This document shows positions 47,727-52,913 of a DNA stretch of 52,913 bases, piece by piece. The notes below the pieces were generated by a model that worked only from the letters and a program-made list of their open reading frames with translations, had not been told where the DNA came from and searched no databases. Source of the stretch: Planctomycetota bacterium (GTDB lineage: Bacteria; Planctomycetota; Phycisphaerae; Phycisphaerales; UBA1924); contig JAEYTB010000176.1 in NCBI GenBank assembly GCA_023434205.1, positions 1 to 52,913 on the forward strand, read 5' to 3'. The translations under genes were made by a program, and so were the position numbers. The stretch's first letter is position 1; each line of letters begins with the position of its first letter.

Positions 47727-48371
47727 TTAGTACGTCGGGTAGTACGGCTCCTGGTGGTCGTACAGCGTCCACGTCGCCCGGTCCACCAACCGCCGCGCCA
47801 GCTCGGTCATCACCGTCGCCGCGGACATCTGGTCGGGCCCATACCCCTTGCCGTCGGGGAACCGCACCGCCACCGACTTCTGGAAGGCGTACTGGTCGGG
47901 CGTGGGCCCGTCCATCTCGAGCACGGCCACCGTCCCCGACGCCACGCCGTCCCACTCGTACGCGTTGCCCGGCTCGCGGAGCTGGTACTCCGTCAGTTCC
48001 ACATACACGATCCGCTCGACCCCGCCCAGCCCCCGGGCGACCTCGGTCATCGGGCGGGTCGTCCACGCCGGGTTGTCGTACACGTACTTCAGCACGTCCG
48101 CCGCGGGCACATACCCCCGAGCGAACGGCGTGATCGTGCCCGCCGACAGCCGCTCGGTCACCTTCTCGGTCAGGTAGTCCACCAGCGTGGGGTGGTCGGA
48201 CTGGATGGCCCGGTCCGCCGTCACGATCACCGCGAAGGTCTTGCCCTCCAGGCCCCGGTACTCGGCCTTGACCTCGTGCGTGCTGTCACGCTTGTAGTTT
48301 TCGATCGCCCCGCCCACGACCTGGCAACCCGCCAGGGCGAACAGGCACAGGCACAGCAGCACAGCGCGCAT
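47727..48371 (-). CDS. Lipoprotein, unknown function (paralog B)
   Basis: ATG start and lipobox LAGC. GKTFAVIVTADR, ERIVYVELTEY and a C-terminal helix line up with paralog A. Confidence 0.65.
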   Translation of the reverse strand: MRAVLLCLCLFALAGCQVVGGAIENYKRDSTHEVKAEYRGLEGKTFAVIVTADRAIQSDHPTLVDYLTEKVTERLSAGTITPFARGYVPAADVLKYVYDNPAWTTRPMTEVARGLGGVERIVYVELTEYQLREPGNAYEWDGVASGTVAVLEMDGPTPDQYAFQKSVAVRFPDGKGYGPDQMSAATVMTELARRLVDRATWTLYDHQEPYYPTY

Positions 48372-48384
48372 AGAGCTTTCCTCG

Positions 48385-48837
48385 TCAGGGGGCCGGCCAC
48401 GTCAGCCACTTGTACGCCCACGAGCCGGCCGCCACCGCCGCGAGCACCCACAGGTTCCGCGGCGACAGCATCCGTCCACAGGTTCGCCCGATGAGCGAGC
48501 CGGTTGCGGCCACGTGCAAGGCTACCCAAAACCCCGCCGCGCTGCCAACCGCCAGCAGGAAGCCCAGCGGCTGGGCCTTCAGGCCGTCGAGAAGGTTGAG
48601 GTGCGCCACGTGGGCGAACGCCGTGGTCATGCCACAGGTAGGGCACGGCACCCCGAACGACACCGCCCAGCCGCACGCCTGAATCCCGAGTTGTGTGTGG
48701 GTTCCGGCCCCGGCGGGGTCCGGCGTCAGCCCCGCCGCGACCACCAGCGGCGCCAGGCAGCACAACGCGAGCAGAGCGGCCCCGGCCCGCTCCGCCAGGC
48801 TCGCCCGGGCCCGGGGCTGGGCCGCGGCCTCAGTCAA
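48385..48837 (-). CDS. DUF2752 domain membrane protein
   Basis: CPTCGMTTAF is the family CPxCGxT motif, flanked by TM helices. The TTG start overlaps the nuoA end by 8 nt. Confidence 0.7.
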   Translation of the reverse strand: MTEAAAQPRARASLAERAGAALLALCCLAPLVVAAGLTPDPAGAGTHTQLGIQACGWAVSFGVPCPTCGMTTAFAHVAHLNLLDGLKAQPLGFLLAVGSAAGFWVALHVAATGSLIGRTCGRMLSPRNLWVLAAVAAGSWAYKWLTWPAP

Positions 48838-49240
48838 ACCGGAACACGCCCTTGCGGTAGCCGTACAGGTACGCCACCACCGTGGTCGCCAGGAAGAACA
48901 GGATCCGGACCAGCCAGACCCCGCTGTACTCCCCCTGCGGGGCCAGGTTGGCGAACGTCGAGGCCCACGGGTACAGGAAGATGATCTCGACGTCGAACAC
49001 GAGGAAGACCATCGCGATCAGATAGAACCGAACGTTGAACCGCTTGCGGGCGGTCCCGACAGGGTTCATGCCTGACTCGTACGTCTGGCCCTTGGTCTTG
49101 CCCGCCCGGCTCGGCCCGATGATCGCCGACAGCACGATGTTCGCCACGGCGAACGTCACCGCCATCAGGATGATGATGAACACGGGCAGGTAGGAGCCAA
49201 GGTCCGTGGCGGCGAGCGTATGGATCGTGGTCGGGGTCAT
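48830..49240 (-). CDS. nuoA: NADH-quinone oxidoreductase subunit A
   Basis: YESGMNPVGTARKRFNVRFYLIAMVFLVFDVEIIFLYPWA is canonical NuoA/ND3. No nuoB follows it. Confidence 0.85.
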   Translation of the reverse strand: MTPTTIHTLAATDLGSYLPVFIIILMAVTFAVANIVLSAIIGPSRAGKTKGQTYESGMNPVGTARKRFNVRFYLIAMVFLVFDVEIIFLYPWASTFANLAPQGEYSGVWLVRILFFLATTVVAYLYGYRKGVFRFD

Positions 49241-49385
49241 GGAGCCGGGATCATACCGCCCCCGCGCCCGGCCCGGCGGGAGCAACCAACAGCCTTTCGA
49301 CCGCCGGGGATTTGCGGACCCGCCCGGGGGGAGTTAGTGTGCGCGCCGTCAGGGCCATTCCGGCCCGTCGCTGGGGCACATTCCT

Positions 49386-49799
49386 ATGGGACTGATCAAA
49401 GAGTTCAAAGAGTTCGCGATGCGCGGCAACGTCGTTGACCTTGCCGTGGGCGTGATCATCGGCGCCGCCTTCGGCGGGATCGTCAACTCGCTGGTCAAGG
49501 ACGTCATCATGCCACCCATCGGCGTCCTCACCGGGGGCGTCGACTTCAAGGACAAGGCGTTCATCATCAAGGACGCCGTGATGGAGGGCGAGAAGGTCAT
49601 CACGCCCGCGGTCACGATCAACTACGGCGTCTTCATCAACGCCGTGATCAACTTCCTGATCATCGCGTTCTGCATCTTCCTGATCATCAAGGCGATGAAC
49701 AAGGCCATGCCCAAGCCCCCGCCCCCGCCGCCCCCGGGCCCCACCAAGGACCAGCAGCTGCTCACCGAAATCCGCGACGCTCTGCTCAAGCGCGGCTGA
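49386..49799 (+). CDS. mscL: Large-conductance mechanosensitive channel
   Basis: [46 protein letters not shown] is canonical MscL. Confidence 0.95.
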   Translation: MGLIKEFKEFAMRGNVVDLAVGVIIGAAFGGIVNSLVKDVIMPPIGVLTGGVDFKDKAFIIKDAVMEGEKVITPAVTINYGVFINAVINFLIIAFCIFLIIKAMNKAMPKPPPPPPPGPTKDQQLLTEIRDALLKRG

Positions 49800-49822
49800 T
49801 CACGACCACCAAGGAGTTCCAC

Positions 49823-50668
49823 ATGCGCAGGTTGTCTATTGCTCTGCTGGCGGCCGCAACCGCCGCGCCCGCACTCGCCGACGGGCCCTACCTCTCGTTC
49901 GGCGCCGAGTCCCTCGAGCTGTTCACGACCGAGCAGCCCACCGCGACCGCCCCCGCCCCCGACCCCGAGAAGCTCGAGCCCCCCAAGCAGGAAGAGGGCT
50001 GGACCTTCCTCAAGGGCTGGACGGGCGGCGTCGAGGTCGGCATCAACGGCTCGGAGGGCAACTCGCAGACCTTCAACGTCCACGCCGGCGCCAACGCCCA
50101 GCGCAAGACCGACAAGTACGACACCAAGGCCAGTATCGCGTACCTCCGCGCCTCGGCCGACAGCGAGGTCACCAAGAACCGCTTCGAGGCCAACATCCAG
50201 AACGACTGGATCTTTGAGAAGGGCTCCCCCTGGCGCTACTTCATCAAGGGCACGTACGAGTACGACGACTTCCAGGACTGGCAGCACCGCGTCAGCGTGC
50301 TCAACGGTATCGGCTACGCCTTCATCGAGAGCGAGCGCACCACCCTGATCGGCCGCGCCGGTGTGGGTCTGCGCCGCGACATCGGCGGCCAGGACAATCA
50401 CATCACGCCCGAGGGCCTGCTGGGGGCCGACCTGTCCCACAAGCTCACCGAGCGCCAGCTCCTGACCGCCACCGCCGAGGTCTACCCCAGCTTCCGTGAC
50501 GCCTCCGAGTTCCGCGCCAAGCTCAAGGTGGCCTGGGAGATCCTCGTGGACCCCGAGACCAAGATGAGCCTCAAGATCGGCATCGAGGACCGCTACGACA
50601 GCAACCCCGGCGGCGACAAGAAGCGCAACGACCTCGACTACTTCGCCCTGCTCGTGTGGTCCTTCTGA
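49823..50668 (+). CDS. DUF481 (YdiY-like) outer-membrane beta-barrel protein
   Basis: AAGGAG lies 6 nt before the ATG and a signal peptide follows. The motifs GWTGGVEVGINGSEGNSQT, alternating beta strands, and the C-terminal YFALLVWSF are present. Confidence 0.8.
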   Translation: MRRLSIALLAAATAAPALADGPYLSFGAESLELFTTEQPTATAPAPDPEKLEPPKQEEGWTFLKGWTGGVEVGINGSEGNSQTFNVHAGANAQRKTDKYDTKASIAYLRASADSEVTKNRFEANIQNDWIFEKGSPWRYFIKGTYEYDDFQDWQHRVSVLNGIGYAFIESERTTLIGRAGVGLRRDIGGQDNHITPEGLLGADLSHKLTERQLLTATAEVYPSFRDASEFRAKLKVAWEILVDPETKMSLKIGIEDRYDSNPGGDKKRNDLDYFALLVWSF

Positions 50669-50707
50669 CCACACGACGCATCGGCCCGCTCGCACGCTCA
50701 CGCACAA

Positions 50708-50736
50708 GGGAATCCCCGCAGGGGGTTCCCTTTTTT
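50708..50736 (+). terminator. Intrinsic terminator after the DUF481 gene
   Basis: GGGAATCCCC-GCA-GGGGGTTCCC followed by TTTTTT. Confidence 0.85.
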
Positions 50737-50896
50737 CGTGCCCCATCGCGATTCTTCGCGGATCGTGACTCGCGCTGCCCGGCGGTGTCGCATGGATCAC
50801 TGACGATCCTGGTCCCGGGCATGGCCGTCGCACCCCCTACGCCACGCCTGGACCCCCCTCCGCGGGCCGCCGTTCGCAACCACGGCGGCCCGCTTC

Positions 50897-52231
50897 TTAC
50901 TGCTTCACTACCTCCCCCGCCCGCATCACGAACCTCACCCGCTCCAGCTCCGTGATGTCCTTCAGCGGGTCGCCCCTCACCGCGATCACGTCCGCCGCCT
51001 TGCCCGCCTCCAGCGTCCCGATCTCCTTCTCCAGCCCCAGCAGTTCCGACGCCGTCACTGTCGCCGCGATCAGCGCCTCGGCCGGTGTCATCCCGCCGTC
51101 GACCATCAGCGCAAACTCGCGGGCGTTCTGGCCCTGGGGGCTTACGCCGGTGTCCGTCCCGAAGGCGATCGGCACCCCCGCCGCGTGCGACCGGCGGAAG
51201 TTCTCCTGCGCCCGCGGCCCAACCTCCAACGCCTTCCTGGCCACCATCGGCAGGTAGAACCCCGGCTGCTGCGCGTTGTCCACCACGGTCCGGGCCGCCA
51301 GCAGCGTTGGCACGTGGTAGCAGCGCGTCCCGGCGTTCTCGCGCTCCTTCAGGAGCCGGATCGATTCGTCGTCCAGGTACGTCCCGTGCTCGACCGAGTC
51401 CACGCCCGCCCGGATCGCGGCGTTGATGCCGTCCGTCCCGTGGGCGTGCGCCGCCACCTTCCGGCCCATCGCGTGCGCGGTCTGCACGATCGCCTCCAGC
51501 TCCGGGTTCGTGTAGTGCTGCGCCAGCCCCGCGGTGGAAGCCGACAGCACGCCGCCGGTCGCGGTGGTCTTGATGACATCCGCGCCCAGCTTGACCTGGT
51601 TCCGCACCGCCTTCATGCACTCATCGGGGCCGTCCGCGATCCCGTCGTCCGGCGTCGGCTGCCCCACGATGTCGGGCCTGAACCCGTTGGTCGGGTCCCC
51701 GTGCCCGCCGGTGATTGAAATCGACTTCCCCGCCGCGATGATCCGCGGCCCGACGATCAGCCCCTGGTTGATGGCGTCGCGCACCGCGAAGATGGCCTGA
51801 GGGTTCGCCCCCAGGTCCCTCACCGTGGTGAACCCGGCCTCCAGGTTCAGCCGCGCGTGGCGCGTCGCACGCACCGCTACAAACTCGGGGCTCTCGGTCA
51901 TCGACCTCGCCCGCGCCGTCGGGTCTGGCTGGTTCAGCAGGTGTACGTGGCAGTCGATCAGCCCCGGCAGCACCCAGTGCTCGCTCAGGTCCACATCCCT
52001 CACCACGGCATCGCCCGGCAGCTTGGGCCTTCCATCCAGCCCCGGGAGAACCCCCTCAACCCGGTCGTTCCTGATGATCAGCGTGACGCCCGCCCTCGGC
52101 GGCTTCCCCGGCACATCGATCAGGTGCCCGCACCGCACCAGCGTGTAGGTGTCGAGCTTGGGCACGTCCTGACCCATCGCCGGAAAGCACAGGGCCGCCG
52201 CGAGCGCCCAACCGCAGAGTGTCTTCAGCAT
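50897..52231 (-). CDS. Secreted metal-dependent amidohydrolase family protein
   Basis: Signal peptide, LPGLIDCHVHL (HxH metal site), and downstream AAHAHG and EHGTY motifs. Start placed at the ATG at 52231. Confidence 0.8.
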   Translation of the reverse strand: MLKTLCGWALAAALCFPAMGQDVPKLDTYTLVRCGHLIDVPGKPPRAGVTLIIRNDRVEGVLPGLDGRPKLPGDAVVRDVDLSEHWVLPGLIDCHVHLLNQPDPTARARSMTESPEFVAVRATRHARLNLEAGFTTVRDLGANPQAIFAVRDAINQGLIVGPRIIAAGKSISITGGHGDPTNGFRPDIVGQPTPDDGIADGPDECMKAVRNQVKLGADVIKTTATGGVLSASTAGLAQHYTNPELEAIVQTAHAMGRKVAAHAHGTDGINAAIRAGVDSVEHGTYLDDESIRLLKERENAGTRCYHVPTLLAARTVVDNAQQPGFYLPMVARKALEVGPRAQENFRRSHAAGVPIAFGTDTGVSPQGQNAREFALMVDGGMTPAEALIAATVTASELLGLEKEIGTLEAGKAADVIAVRGDPLKDITELERVRFVMRAGEVVKQ

Positions 52232-52259
52232 GCGCGCGAGTGTACCGCAAGGCGCCGCA

Positions 52260-52913
52260 TCACTCCCGCCCGGCCGGCGCCCTGTCACCCGCCCCGCCCC
52301 CGGCGGGCTTCTTCTTCGGCAGGCTCGCCGCGATCTGCGCCCGGACCTGCCGGATCACCGCCCGACCGCCGGGCACCGCCGTGCCGTCCACCACCACGGC
52401 GTCCTTCCACACCGTCCCCGTCGACGCGAAGCCCATTTCAACCAGCCGCTCCTCCATGTCCGCCAGGTGCCCGGCGCCGTAGAACAGCGCGATGGTGGCG
52501 TGGCCCTCCGTCAGCGCCCCCTCCAGGTCCCTGAACACCACGGCGTTGCGGTCCTCGATCAGCACGCGCATGAACTGGCCCATCCCCTTGCCCGACTGCG
52601 ACTGGGCCTCCATCAGCTCCTCCGCGTGCGCCAACGTCTCGACCACCATCGCCTTGACAAAGAAGCTTATCTCCGGGCTCTGGCCGATCATCCCCAGCAC
52701 CGCGCCGAGCATCTTGGACATCAGGGACGACCCGTCGAGCATGCTGAACAGCGCACCGCCGGACAGGCCCGATTCCGCGAGCTTGTCCTGGAGCTCATCC
52801 ACGGTCATGTCGCTGTTGCGCCACTTGTCGCGGCTGTAGTCCATCGCCGCGAGCTGGAACTCCAGCCCCAGCGCCTTGGCGAGCTTGGCCTGGATCCCCT
52901 CGCCGCCCGCCTT
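52260..52913 (-). CDS. TraB/GumN family protein, N-terminus beyond the window edge
   Basis: The frame stays open upstream of the listed M, through to base 52913 (..KAGGEGIQAKLAKALGLEFQLAAMDY..). ALFYGAGHL is the family motif. Confidence 0.7.
   Translation of the reverse strand, partial: KAGGEGIQAKLAKALGLEFQLAAMDYSRDKWRNSDMTVDELQDKLAESGLSGGALFSMLDGSSLMSKMLGAVLGMIGQSPEISFFVKAMVVETLAHAEELMEAQSQSGKGMGQFMRVLIEDRNAVVFRDLEGALTEGHATIALFYGAGHLADMEERLVEMGFASTGTVWKDAVVVDGTAVPGGRAVIRQVRAQIAASLPKKKPAGGGAGDRAPAGRE

Overview
Very GC-rich bacterial chromosomal segment, densely coding on both strands and mostly housekeeping. Genes called: infB(partial)-DUF503-rbfA operon with a large TPR lipoprotein, yebC, an ECF sigma/rhodanese/AhpD-like operon, rpsU, a long membrane H+-pyrophosphatase, a Sel1-repeat protein, a znuA-znuC-znuB zinc uptake operon, tRNA-Ala(CGC), uvrB and uvrA in one co-directional block, nth, an orphan flagellin, phosphomannomutase, mmsA plus a Gfo/Idh/MocA oxidoreductase, a ligase-associated exonuclease plus ATP-dependent DNA ligase pair, an AI-2E permease, LMW-PTP, orphan nuoA, mscL, a DUF481 barrel, an amidohydrolase and a partial TraB/GumN gene. 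Many adjacent genes are linked by ATGA/GTGA/TTGA stop-start overlaps. The GC-dockerin-like C-terminal repeats, CxCGYxLRG...CPECG ribbon and scattered operons fit a Planctomycetota/Phycisphaerae-like organism, but that is inference only. I see no transposase, integrase, CRISPR array or canonical multi-gene defence island. The most unusual item is a roughly 390-nt ORF-free gap (17030-17433) downstream of the znu operon. It carries a perfect 13-15 nt copy of the universal 16S rRNA 3-prime terminus, with further 16S h44/h45-like motifs upstream. Read on the minus strand this is a full-length Shine-Dalgarno followed by a 12-codon GTG sORF and a strong intrinsic terminator. The rpsU (S21) leader carries an 11/13 version of the same full-length anti-16S-tail sequence. 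Other items worth follow-up are a P-loop NTPase with two TM helices inserted between Walker A and B (KAP-like topology), an ECF sigma with a fused 4-Cys extension facing an ECF-type promoter, two tiny membrane proteins between uvrB and uvrA, and a co-directional cluster of orphan nuoA, DUF2752, two paralogous lipoproteins, a GT-like protein and LMW-PTP. All family assignments come from reading the translations and recalling motifs; nothing was searched against a database.
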